Source of the DNA: Tubiluchus corallicola
Taxonomy: Eukaryota; Animalia; Priapulida
NCBI GenBank assembly: GCA_030141605.1
Contig: JAQGDQ010000007.1
Location: 1 to 64,000 of the forward strand
Reading direction: 5' to 3'
Length of the DNA stretch: 64,000 nucleotides
The translations under genes were made by a program, and so were the position numbers. This document shows, in pieces, positions 1 to 12,976 of the stretch (position 1 is its first letter; each line of letters starts with the position of its first letter). Below the pieces are notes generated by a model that searched no databases, was not told where the DNA came from, and saw nothing but the letters and a program-made list of their open reading frames with translations.

Positions 1-67
1 TAAGCCGTTAACTAACTTGTAGTAAAACTAAGTCATAATTAAATTTAACTTACAATTGGTTTTCCAG

Positions 68-275
68 TTACTTACACGTGTGACTCGGGTTATTACAATG
101 GAAGATCTAAATGCCTGGAAAAACAGTCTGCAACTACCTCTTTAGGAGCAGCTTTGGCCAAGTGTCCTCAGCCTAAGAGAGTTTTACACATGACGTCACC
201 TCAAGACCTCATCAGACTGCAGACTATGTACTTTCTCAGTGACTATTATGAGCAATATGAAGGATATTACTCGTA
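68..275 (+). CDS. C-type lectin domain exon 1 of the lectin-mucin-ShKT-EGF gene (internal exon; gene start is upstream of the window)
   Basis: tttccag acceptor and gtaagt donor; open phase 1->2; TYTCDSGYYNGRSKCLEKQSATTSLGAALAKCPQPKRVLHMTSPQDLIRLQ... has the Cys spacing of a long-form CTLD N-terminus. Confidence 0.8.
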
Positions 276-811
276 GTAAGTTATCATTTTTAAACTAAAA
301 GCTTGTATAACCACAACAGACATAGAAGATTTTTTAACACATTATTATCGTTACACAAAATATTCTTAGTTATTATTAAGCAAAGGAGACTTGTCAGGTA
401 AATAACTTACCTTTTTCTGTTGAATCATAAAGTGATAAAAAAATCAGAAGAAACAAGTTTTACAGTAAGTTTACAATATTCGTAATAAAAGGATGATTTT
501 AAGTTGTAAAAGATTAGTAATGAAGCACCCCTTTCTTTGACTCAGTAGCCATTAGACTAATTGTTTTTGTCTAATATAAGCCAGATTTGTAAGTTTTGGT
601 TTGTCACAGGTAAACGTGAATGGAACTTCATATTGTGAAATTTGTGGTTAATCATACTCTCAAACCAATGTTATAATTTTCTACTACACACTTTACAGCT
701 GTGGCTTCCCAAATGTTTCTACATCAATAAGAAGCTTCCTTGGTTGTCCAGTCCAGTCAAGTCATTTTTTCTGAATTAATTTAGCACTAACTTCATTTGC
801 TGTTTTTTAAG

Positions 812-971
812 TTACAATAAAGGCAATGTTTGGCTTTCACCGAGGCTTTTGCGCGCGACTGGAGAGTACGAAACATTAGAAGGTGAAATCGTTGGAGCTT
901 TTGAAAGTCCAACAAAGCTCAACTGGATAGGATATTCAATCTGGTCAAATGAAGTGCATGCTCACGAAGAG
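812..971 (+). CDS. C-type lectin domain exon 2
   Basis: ttttttaag acceptor and gtatgt donor; phase 2->0 joins both neighbours; YNKGNVWLSPRLLRATGEYETLEG...WIGYSIWSNEVHAHEE, with VWLS at the WIGL-motif position. Confidence 0.8.
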
Positions 972-989
972 GTATGTTGTAATGATCTT

Positions 990-1335
990 TATGCTGCAGC
1001 AGAGGTACTTTGCTCTTTCTTGTATGCTTCGAAAGTACTATTCAGTGCTCTTTTTTGTTTGCTGCAGCAAAAATAACTTTTACTGCTCTTTCTTGTAAAC
1101 TCTAGCAAAGGTGCTTTGTAGTGCCCTCTCTCTTATACACTCTAGTAGAGGTGCCTTGTTAGGCTCTTTCTTGTTTGCTTCAGCTAAGGTTCTTTATAGG
1201 GATCTTTCTTGCACATGCCAGCAAAGGTGCCTTTCAGGGCTATTTCTTGTACAATCCAGCATACGTGCCTCGTAGTTCTCTTTCTTACACTCTGCAGCAG
1301 AAGTATTTTGTAGTGCTCTTTCTTGTACTTTCTAT
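990..1335. repeat. Degenerate minisatellite, ~37-bp unit (cagcaaaggtgctttgtagtgctctttcttgta-like)
   Basis: About 9 diverged tandem units; related units recur at ~2005-2065. Confidence 0.65.
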
Positions 1336-2539
1336 TTGTAGGCGTCTTAGTAAAACTTACTGTTTCATCATCTTTAGCCTTTAGCAAAGCTTCGGATTCA
1401 CTTTGGTTTATTTTTCTTCCACCACCACAAAATGTAACGTTAGGTCCTGTTGAACCCAAATACTACTTTGTAATGCTACTTTCCGATTTTAACTAGTGCA
1501 CAATGATGTTACTGCGGATCTAATAGTGGCACATTAAACAATTTGTAATTATTTGTAATATCTAAAAAACAGTAAACTGCTGTTTTTTGTTTGTTGGTGT
1601 GACCCACTATTACAGGGTGAAAAACAGTAGCAAGCTCTATTTGTACAGGTTTCCACTGAATTGCAAAAAATGTCAGTTTTACCTGCTTTTAACTTTCATA
1701 ACATTGTTTATTTTCTTATTGTTTTTTAAAAAAGTAGCTGATTATTAGAGAAATGCCTTAGAATGCAGTTGAGCAAGGTTTTCCAATTAACCTGTTTTTC
1801 ACTTCATTTAAATAATTTGTAAAAAAATTTAATGGGTAATAGCAGCTAATGGGAAGTCAATGTACCTGCTGCTGTAGCTGCAACTTAACTAGCTATATTT
1901 TTTCGTATGAGCTTTTAAATATAGTTAGATGCTTTATCAAATCAATGGCTATAACCTAGCATAGCTTACTTCATTTTTTTGCTTTATGTTGCACTGCTGT
2001 TAGAAGCTCTTTCTTATGTACTCCAGCAGAGGCACCGTGTGCCAAAAGACATTTTCTTGTATGTTGTTAGTGCTTGTGGTCTGGATTAAATTTTTATTAT
2101 TATCAAGGCTAATTCTACGGGATGGAATACAGAGCTGGTAGAGGTGTCCAGACCACACACAGATGCAGAAAAAAATTGCCCAGAAACAGTTTTGCAGCCG
2201 TCACCTATCCAATTTCCTACCAGGCCTGACACATTTTACTTTGTCACCCGTCCACTTTCTGATCAGGCCTGATGCAGCTTCATTTTGCTTCCTATGCGCA
2301 CACCTAAACCAATCATCAAGTTCCTTCACACCAAAAAATTAATGTTGGAAAATTTTTTAATATGGACAAGCATTTGTTTACGCTGCCACTATTTAGAGTA
2401 TCAACGTCATCAAACGGACTCAATTCTGACAGATTTTGCTGGGTTTTATAGTCATTCTTCCATACTTTAACTACAGCCTATCTAAATAATTTTTGCTTTG
2501 TGAATAACAATTAACACATTCTATTATTTTGCTACATAG

Positions 2540-2654
2540 GACTGGGAAGCATATTGTGCTGTGTGGGTAGACGAACATGCAGGATACGTGGAAACTTTTT
2601 GTACTGCCACTCACCCTTTCATCTGTGAAGCAGTGTTTACATCTGACGAGATGG
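2540..2654 (+). CDS. C-type lectin domain exon 3
   Basis: catag acceptor and gtaatt donor; phase 0->1; DWEAYCAVWVDEHAGYVETFCTATHPFICE has the C..C..FICE ending typical of CTLDs. Confidence 0.88.
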
Positions 2655-3852
2655 GTAATTTTATAGGAAAATTTCTTTTCTAAACAGAACTTACAACACT
2701 AATGAGCTGCTAGTGCACTGAAATTGTCATTATATTCTCACAAGCAACTAGATAATAGTGATTGGCGTAAATTATTATAGTTTTAATTTTATTGACCGAG
2801 CTTTACTATTCACTTAGACTTTCATTTAGTTATTTTGTGAATCAACTGGTATTCCATACATAACTGTGTTCGTGGTCATGCTTGTCGATGCTGCTTATCG
2901 AAGTACCGTTTTTCGTGATACCATATATTTATATACTTGTCGTCAACTGCACTAAAACGATTAATAAATGTACATAAGCATGAACACTTGCTGCCTTTGA
3001 AAGTGAGAGGATGATGTTCCAAACAAGGTGCATCTACTCTAGCTAACTCTAATGGTAAGCATCAAACATCATTTATGATTTTCCACCAAGGAATTTTCCA
3101 CAAATGATAGTTTCTGCTATTAAGGACTGATAAGGCTCGTGTACTCTTCCATGACTCAGATAGAAAGAATTTGACAAGTAACAATATACCTTTGCAGTTT
3201 AGTTTTGGCATAGAGACGTTTTTAAGCAAAAGCCAGGCCTCTTGGGAAGCTGGATTTATTTTAATATTTGAGAAAGACGTTAGAAAGTTTTAGCAATAGA
3301 ATTGTTGTGTGCAACTTTTGTAATTAGTGAAATCAGTTTAAAGTCGCGAATTGCTTCATTTTTTTACATATATGCTCATCTTGAACAAATAATGACGTCA
3401 TCCGGTTACCATACAATTCAGTTAAACACAAAGCTTTAGTCAACTAGAATATCGGAGTTTCTGAGTGAACTACAGAAGTATTGTAACTTGTGTTTTCAAT
3501 GTTATCCACCAGCTTATGTCATGTTTTTTCAAATGTGTCCGAAGCAAATCTCGCTAAGTGGGAGATATGAACTATTTAATTTTTTGCAATTTTAAACAAG
3601 GCATATTAAATACAATGAATGTTGTTCAAGAGTTGGCTTTCTTTTAACATTAGATAAACAAAACTAATAAAAAATGTAGCTTGAGTAGTGCTTCGGAATA
3701 GCAGTGTACCTGAAAACGTATTTTTATTGCTTATGTGTAATAATATAGATTCTATAATTATTATTGATAGTAGACACTTTTATACGCAAATGAGTCTAGA
3801 ATAAAATGTTTAAATGAATCGAACTGTAGCTTGCATACCTTTTGTTCTGCAG

Positions 3853-6800
3853 ATGTCAGCACTGCTATCACAGAAAGTTCTACATACAGCAGTGAATCTG
3901 CATCTGCTGATTACACAAGCACTGATAACAGCTTAAGCTCTGAAGTTACTGAACATTCAACTATTTATAATACATCAAGCACCATGGAAACTACCAATGG
4001 TACTATATATAGCAAATTATAATTATTTTTTACTTTATTCTTCTATAAACTTATTTTTATTTTATTGCTACCATTAGTACCAGTACAGTTGTTCGCTGGT
4101 CAAACATACCTTATGTAATTTGTAGTGCTTAATTGAAAATATATACATGCGATGACAGAATAAAATTCTGTTTTTCTAACAATACAATTTCGAATTATCG
4201 TTAATGTCTAAGAAAATGAGACAATGTATGGTCGGCCGGTCGCAAAAAGGTGTTGCTAGTTTAGATTGAGTATTAAGACAATTTATATCTAATAGAAATA
4301 AATTGCAAAAGTCTACTTTGAAGGCTCCCTCTACTCATGTTATACAAAGGTCAATCGAGCATGTAATGCTTTACAGTTACTCTATGATAACCACACGTAC
4401 AACTGGGATCCACATTGTTGCCGGTTGCATGTGTGACTGCTAAGATCATTCAGTTGCAAAAGCCTAGCTCTTAATCTTGTATGATGTGTAACATTTTATA
4501 AAAGCCATATACATAGAATTATCAATAACAGTAAGAGTTTATAAATACTGTGTGTTTTTATTTTTTGGAAAAACTTTAGATAGATGAGCCTGCTCTGATG
4601 TTATCAGATAATTGTTCCATTCAGTCACTGATACAGGCATAAATCTGGACGAAACTTAAACTGCACCAATCTGTATGCTAACCTCTTGTAAGACCTAAAG
4701 TTTTTGAGCCATGCTGATATAAAAGGTTTCCAGCAGGAACTAATGCAGAAAAGTCAATGGAAAAATATCACTTTGAAACATTTTAGCATTAAACTCATAC
4801 TAATTTTGTCATTCAGCTCATAGTGATCGAAGCATTTTGATAATGGGCTTATAGTAATGTGTTACAAGAATTGTTGCACAACTTCAACTCTGAGTGTGCA
4901 TTGGGAAGTAAGGATTAACATCGAACATTCGAAATTGATTTGAACCTAAAATTATGGATTCCAATAATTCAGCACTTCAACTACATACATTCTTTATCAT
5001 TAAAATGTTTCAAAAAATTCTGCCATCAGCACAATCTACATGCAATTTCTGTTCACAATTTTTCCTAAGTAATTATTAGTGTTTTTACTGCACCTTACCG
5101 CATAAAATCAAATAATATGAATGATCTTTTGTGAGACAGATTTTTAATAGTAATTCAAAAATTGAATTTGAATTCGATTTGGATTCAAAAATGCTGAAAT
5201 TTAGTTTTATTGGAGTTCAAAAGTCACAAATTCGATTCAATTCGAATTTGCTTTCTGATAGAGAATGGAGAATGCTAACCCCTACAGGGAAGTGTCATTG
5301 GGTAGTGTACACTATTCAAGTGTGGCAGTTGAAGCCACACACTGTATCCCACTCTTCAAATTAAAACGACCTACTGATGAACTTTGTAATTAACTGTACT
5401 ACATCCTGAGCAGCCTACTTTTTTATAATCTAGATATCAGCACTGCAGCCACAGAAAATCCTGTATATAGCAGTGGATCTGTGTCTACTGATTACACAAG
5501 CACTGAAGTTACTGAACAGTCAACTGATTATAGTATGTTAAGCACCATGGAAACTAGCACAGGTATTATCAAAGTAAACATTGACTTAAATTTAAAGCCC
5601 GTAACTTTTTTCCTCAATGTGGATTACAGTAAATTTTCAATATGTAAGTAATAGTAACTGTTTTACGTGTACATCACAAAAACAACCAAAATGCTGCTCA
5701 AGAGGATTTTCGAACTAATTAAAACCTCAGCATATGTTTATTTTGCAGATGTCAGCACCATTGTCTCACAAACTTCTATGTACAGTGCTGAAATTGTGTC
5801 TACTGATTACACAAATACAGACAACTCCTTGACATCAGAAGCTAGTGAACAGTCAACTACTTACAGTATGTTAAACACCATGGAAACTAGCACTGGTACT
5901 GTCAATAACATATTATTATTAATCTCATATTATATTTCTTTGATATTGTGGAGTGACTGCTTCTTCTTTCTGAAATGAATTTATCGGTACCTATTATTTT
6001 GCAGACGTCAGCACCAGTGTCACAGAAAGTTCTACATACAGCAGTGAATCTGTATTTACTGATTATGCAAGCACTGGTAGCAGCTTAAGCTCTGGAGCTA
6101 CTGAACAGTCAACTGTTTACAGTATGTTAAGCACCATGGAAACTGAAACAGGTACAGTCAACAGCTAGTCTGTGTTATTTTTGTACATCATATTTTTCAG
6201 TTAAGGTAGTGTTGTAGCAAACAGCACATTATAAACAGCTAACTCATGTGTATATGGACATAGTACGGTTGAGTAAGGCTGTATAAAACTGAGAATATAA
6301 ACACCTACAATAACTACCAGACACAGTCATTTGACCATTGTTTATCTGTTAAGAAATTAGAATGAGTTTTAGTATAAACATACTATTTTAGTTTATGAAT
6401 AATCTTTGTAGTGATAGTGCAGTTGTTTTTAATTAGTGCAAACTGTTTAAATCTCCGATAATTTTCTTTTCTGCAACTCTAAGCATTTCAAAGAAACAAG
6501 AGTGGTAATTATAAGTTTTTTAATCGTATAATCTTTAATCTCTTTTCTGTTTCTATTCTATCTGCCTTATAATGGTGTGCCAATTGTTAAAAGAATACAA
6601 ATGGCCTCAAAGTTGTGTGTCTGCTTCTGCCACCTCTTAAATAGGTGCTCTTGAATGGGAAATTGTTCAGAATATTTAATTATGAATTGCAAAATTACTT
6701 ATTTCTCTTTATGCAAGGCTTATCAGAGTGTAAGACCTTTTGCATTTCTTCTATTACATTGAATTTCTTAAATGATGGGAAAGTGATGGCATTTGCACTT

Positions 6801-9800
6801 TCACTCGCAGGGGAAGTTTATATTTACAGTAACCAGCAATCATTTTACATAGTTTGCATCGCAATTACAATTACAGTAAAATAGTTTAAACAGTTAAAAT
6901 TTAAAATATCTAGGTTCTGGATTATTAAATATTAAAATTTATTAATAATAATATTAGAATTTAAAGTCCTGGATGAGTTCTCAGTCCTTCTCAGTTCCTT
7001 TTTTTTAGCAGATGTCAGCACCAGTGTCACAGAAAGTTCTACATATAGCAGTGATTACGCAAGCACTGATAGCAGCTTAAACTCTGACTCTGCTGAACAG
7101 TCAACTGATTACACTGTGTTAAGCACCATGGAATCTAGTACAGGTACAGTCAGTAGCTAAACTGTTAATTTTGCATACGAAACACTGAACACCCCCAGGA
7201 TGCTTAGCCAATACCCATGTAAATACACCTGTCCTCCATGGAAAAATAGCCAGCATGATGAGTAAGACCACTGACGGTGAGACGTAAACACTGTGGTTAC
7301 CCAGCCATTTATGAAGCAGGCTTAGTGTTGCTAAACTTCAGTTGGTAAGCACTGACAGTGACCGCTCAGCTATTGCTTCCTTCAACCTGAATATGTTGCA
7401 AGTCAATAATGTAATAATTGTGATTCAAACAGCCTGAAGGATGTGATGGTGACAATGACGATGACGATGATGTCTATATTCCTAATGATATTTAATGTAA
7501 AATATTGGCACTATTTCTTTTTCTTTTGTGGTGCTTTTTGAGCAAAATAACTTTAAGAGATATAATAGTATCTACAAAAAGGTCCTGCATGAGTTCTCAT
7601 CCCTCCCAGTAGAACACCTTACATGATTTACATTTTCTTCAGTGATCTTTGCTAACTGTTTATCACAAGTAACTTTTTATTTTCTTTTTTAGCGTTTTGA
7701 ACAGTCATGTAATAGTAGTCAACATACAGTATCTTAGTGATTAAATTCTACTGGCGGCTTGTATCCTGCTAATGAAATGTACAAGTGCACGTGGTCTTTA
7801 TTTGTGAAAAAATTGCATTAGGAGGAATACAGAGCTTTTTATTAGAATTGTTTGTCTGTTCCACATGCGCACGTTGTTTATGCACGCAAGTTGTTTTTGC
7901 GACTCTCCCTGCTGCAGAAGCAATTTCTCTTGCGTTTCTATATTAAAATGATGATGAATTATCTGGTAGATTAACAAAAATAAAAATGATACCGATAAGT
8001 TAAAGTTAATGTTTTTTTCTTTTTGGCATTTAAAGCCCTGGGAATATGGTGTCAGACCCTTTTACAGATATTTTGGTGTAAAAGTTATTATTTCTGAAAA
8101 TTAGTATAGATTTCTCTATTTACATAATTATCTGCACTGTACTGAACGAATGATTTATTGGTTGCACAATTTTTCGAAGTTTTAAATAACATGGGTAAGT
8201 GTATCCATTCTATGCTGCCTTGCTTATTGTAATCAAATGGTAAGTACTGTTGCTTTTTCCATATGGTACTAACTTTTTGTCTAAACTAGTGCCATGCCAC
8301 ATAAGTTAGGTACTAAACCAAGTTTGCAGGTAAGTATAAATGTTTTTGTCGTTCACATCAGGAAAACATCCTACCATTCTTTGCCTTTTGTCCATCAAAA
8401 AGTGTATGTGAAGGTGCACATACTTGGGTGTGTATAAGGTATGCCTGTGAATGTGTATGAAGTGCATGTGTGCCTGTTAATGTGTCGCCATGACATGCAT
8501 GTGTAAATGTAAAGTGAATGCACTGTGTTTGCAAACTGAGCATATGCTTCGCAATATGCATATTTTGGTTGCTTCTCTGTTTCAAAAAATACTTAGCCAG
8601 TAAACATTGACTTCAATTTAATGCTCATACCTTTTTTCTTCAAAGTGGATTTCAAGGGATTTTCAATATGTAAGTAAGAATAACTGTTTTACATGTACAT
8701 CACAAAAACAACCAAAATGTTGCTCAAGAAAATTTTCAAACTAATTAAAACCTCAGCATACGCTTATTTTGCAGATGTCAGCACCACTGTCACACAAACT
8801 TCTATGCGAAGTGCTGAAATTGTGTCTACTGATTACACAAATACTGACAAAACCTTCACCTCAGAAGCTAGTGAACAGTCAACTGATTACAGTATGTTAA
8901 ACACCGTTGAAACTAGCACTGGTACTGTCAATAAGATGGTTTTATTAATGTACATATTATATTTGTTTGATATTGTGGAGTGACGCCTCCTCATTTCTGA
9001 AATGAATTTAGCCGTATCTTGTGTACCTTTTATTTAGCAAATGTTAGCACCAGTGTCACAGAAAGTTCTACATACAGCAGTGAATCTGTATTTACTGATT
9101 ATACAAGCACTGATCACAGCTTAAGCTCCGAAGCTACTGAACAGTCAACTGTTTACAGTATGTTAAGCACCATGGAAACTGAAACAGGTACAGTCAACAG
9201 CTAGTCTGTGTTATTTTTGTACATCATATTTTTCAGTTATAGTAGTGTTGTAGCAAACAGCACATTTAAAAAAAATAACTCATTTTTTCTATGACATTGA
9301 ATTTCTTAAACAATGGGAAAGTGATGGCATTTGCACTTTCACTCACAGTGGAAGTTTATATTTACAGTAGCCAGCAAACATTTTACGTGGTTTGCATCGC
9401 AATTACGGCTTACAGTAAAATAGTTTAAGCAGTTAAATATTAAAATTTAATAATGATATTATTAAAATTTAAAGTCCTGGATGAGTTCTCACACCCTCTC
9501 AGTGCCTTTTATTTAGCAAATGTTAGCACCAGTGTCACAGAAAGTTCTACATACAGCAGTGAATCTGTATTTACTGATCTCAGCTTAAGCTTTGAAACTA
9601 CTGAACAATCAACTGTTCACAGTATGTTAAGCACCATGGAAACTGGCACAGGTACAGGGCAACAGCCAAACAGTTATTTTTGTTTATTTCTTTCAGTATG
9701 CAGCGGCGTATAAAGATTTCACAATGCCCTAGTCTGATAGATCTGTCCTGCCCATCTGTTTTGTGAATTTATAATTGATTATGTACTGAACAGGTTCAAC

Positions 9801-12262
9801 AATTACATGTAGTGTATTAGTAGTAATATTAACCTAGTTTCTTAATGATCTTTGTTCGTTATATGGCAAATATATAGTAACCGGTTTCAATAACTGCCTG
9901 TGGTATGTTATACAATGCCTGTTATACAGTGCCTAAAATGTAGTGCCCCCAAGTGTGGTGCCTTTGGTACCCTAGGCTATAGCCTAATTAGCCTATTGGT
10001 TAATATGCCCCTGTCAGTATGGTAGCAAGCACCACATTATAAAAACATAATTTGTATATATATAGATATGTGTGTATGTATATATATATATATCGAGATA
10101 ACCATAACTCAGAATAAAGTTTTGAAACCAGTTGTATGTGTGTGAGTACAAGTTTGGAATGAAATTTTTAAATGAATCGAACTGCATACATTTTATTATG
10201 CAGATATAAGCACTACTGTCACAGAAAGTTCTACGTACAGCAGTGAATTTGCATCTACTGCTTACACAAGCACTGATAACAGCTTAAGCTCTGAAGTTAC
10301 TGAACAGTCAATTGATCACAGCGTGTTAAGCACCATGGAAACTAGAACCGGTACAGCCAATAGTGAATTATTATTTCTATGTATTCTATATTATTTTGAT
10401 ATGTTTTTTCTTGGACATAGAGTATTGACTGCTTTTTATGTTTCTTACAGTTCTGCATAATGAGCAACACATAATAGGGCAATCAGTGGAAGCTTGGTAT
10501 TTCTAATTACAAGACAAACTGGCTTACAGTCATGATTATCAACTCTTACAGACACAATTAATACAAAATGTCACCTGTAATTTTGCTTGCCAATCACTTT
10601 TATGTTCCTTTTTTCTGACTCGAAACAATTTGTCGGACAAAGTGAAAAACCTAACACAGTGATTAATATTTTTAAGCTAGCTATATGTTGCATGGCTTCA
10701 TACTGAAAAACAGCAAGAATCAGGACAGAAAAAAGGCAATTACGAAATAGTTTTTTTGTATGGTATTTGGTATTGAACGTTTCACACGGAACTGCATGAC
10801 TGCACACCTCTAACCAACTAAGAAATTGCAGACTACTGTCATGCGACATACCATGCACTCGAGTGGCATGATTGAATCTAGTTTCCATGTGAAATTAAAT
10901 AGATAAATTTGATTTTGTATGCTAGTAAAATGGCAATATTTCTTCACAGTGTAATTGAGCAATCATGAAACTTCATCAAATCAAATTCATTAATAAAATG
11001 TTTCAGTAGTATATTCATTTCGCTACTTAGAATAGAAGTAAAGAAATTTGAGGGTAATAATAAACACAGTCAAACTTCTTTATACTGCCTACTTATGGAC
11101 TGCAGAAAAAAGCTGGCATTAAGGGAGTTTATTATTATAATAAGGTACGTTATTACATGCATGTCTGTGCAAATATAGACATTTTGTTTTATCAAAATAT
11201 GGTCTTTAAGTGAGGTTGACATTATAAAGGTGGGCAATATAGCGAGATTTGAATGTAGCTATTGACAATATTTTTAAATTTATATATTTTTATATTTGGT
11301 TATTTTATTTTGCTTTTCTATTACTTTCTGTCTTAATTTTATTTCAAATGCAAGTTGTGTATATTCATATTGGCAGATTCGACTTTTGCCATAGAATAGA
11401 TAATACTTTTTGCCAGTTTTCCGACAATCATTGAACATTATTTTAGTTTTTTAGCAGTTTACAACTGATGCAGCGAACTCTAATAAAATTTATTGAAATG
11501 AATTGAATTGCATCTTGTACACCTAATTCTGTTGTTTTTTCATGAGGCAGACCAGCCTAATGAAGCACATTAGTATTACAGTCAACAGAAGATGCTAACG
11601 TTAACACAGCGTTTTTTCTTTTGCAGCTACCACTGTTACAGAAAGTTCAACACACAGCAGTGAATCTACATCAATCTACAGCTAAACTAGTATTTTTGTT
11701 TATCCTTTTTTTCACTAGGGTGGATGGTAGCAGTCCAGTTATAACCATAAATACATATTTTGAAATATGTAAAATTGTATTTAGAGTGACTTTAATTTTG
11801 CAGATGTCAATATCAATGTCACAGAAAGTTCAACATACAACAGTGAATCTGCATCTACTGATTATACAAGCACTGATAGCAGCTTAAGCTCTGAAGCTGC
11901 TGAACAGTCAACTGATTACAGTATGTTAAGCACTGTGGAATCTAGTACAGGTACAGTCAGTAGCTAAACTGTTATTTTTGCATACAAAATACTGAACAAT
12001 CAATTTTAAATTTATAGGTTCTGGATTATTAAATATTAAAATTTATTAATAATAATATTAGAATTTAAAGTCCTGGATGAGTGCTCAGTCCTTCTCAGTA
12101 CCTTTTATTTAGCAGATGTCAGCACCAGTGTCACAGAAAGTTCTACATACAGCAGTGAATCTGTATCTACTGTTTACACAAGTACTGATAAGAACTTAAG
12201 CTTTGAAGCTACTGAAAATTCGCCTGTTTACAGTTCTTTAAGCACCACGGAAACCAGCACAG
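3853..12262 (+). CDS. First array of 11 Ser/Thr-rich mucin-like repeat exons: 3853-3999, 5434-5562, 5749-5895, 6005-6151, 7012-7143, 8775-8921, 9038-9187, 9517-9651, 10204-10350, 11804-11950, 12116-12262
   Basis: Each has AG/GT borders, is phase 1-1, is open and is 129-150 nt (multiples of 3). Consensus DVSTSVTESSTYSSESVSTDYTSTDNSLSSEATEQSTDYSMLSTMETST. Confidence 0.85.
7294..7370 (-). mobile_element. Decayed 5S-rRNA-derived (SINE3-like) fragment; second copy at ~18298-18374
   Basis: tggttacccagccatttatgaagcaggcttagtgttgctaaacttc aligns by eye with the reverse complement of the 5S internal control region (cggtctcccatccaagtactaaccaggcccgaccctgcttagcttcc). Confidence 0.4.
9701..10013. mobile_element. 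hAT-type MITE
   Basis: Perfect 8-bp TSD tcagtatg (9693-9700 and 10014-10021); TIRs cagcggcgta / tatgcccctg. Confidence 0.85.
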
Positions 12263-12353
12263 GTACTGTCTACAACTAAAGTGGTATTTTTGTTTATCCT
12301 GTTTTCACAGGATAGTAAATAGAAATGTGTCTACGGCAGTTGGAATTTTGCAG

Positions 12354-12492
12354 ATTCAATTGTCACAGAAAGTTCTACTTACAGCGTGAATCTGTGTCTA
12401 CTGACTACACATGCACTAATAACAGTTTATGCTTTGAATCTATGGAAGAATCAACTGATTACAGTACACCAAGTATGATGAAAACTAGCACG
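12354..12492 (+). pseudogene. Frameshifted mucin pseudo-exon (copies at 18922-19060, 22427-23766 split by a LINE, 27120-27258); truncated pseudo-exons also at ~11627, ~21693 and ~26386
   Basis: 1-nt deletion (AGCGTGAA versus AGCAGTGAA) leads to TGA; donor altered to acggttac. The truncated copies stop after ~55 nt and have no donor. Confidence 0.75.
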
Positions 12493-12976
12493 GTTACTGT
12501 CACTGTTGTTCATACCATTTCCTACCTCTGTTAGGAGATCAGGGAAGGGGTGTAATTATTTAAAATACATAGTTATAATAAATAGTGAAGTAGCTTTTAT
12601 ATTGCTCTTGCATTTCTAAAAGTTTTTGTTCGTTGTCTTCTTTTATTTATGCTAAGGGATGTTAAAGCAGAATGCATATGTTATTTGCAATTTTAGCAAA
12701 TTGCTCAACTAATACAGACACACCATATATAATATAATGTAATGTAACGTAATGTAATGTAATATAATAATAATGATAATAACCTTTATTTAGAGTTGTC
12801 TTTAAATTCAATCGACAACAAAAGCCTGCCATGAGGTTTTTGTCACCTAATCAACTACAATTACAACTACGTAACAAATTATTATTATTACCCCACTTTT
12901 ACCCTAAATACTATCATGAATACTGCACAACCTTGTCCTCTAACCTGCCTTTCTTTGTTTCTTTCCGACCTTACAG

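Noticed and set aside
4905-5255. Possible MITE with clustered ttcgaa/ttcga motifs (similar weak candidates at 16.1-17.3 kb and 38.3-38.7 kb)
   Set aside because: Could not define both TIRs and a TSD by eye.
7250-7395. Box C/D snoRNA (ATGATGA ... CTGA)
   Set aside because: No convincing terminal stem or guide; the region is better explained as a 5S-like repeat remnant.
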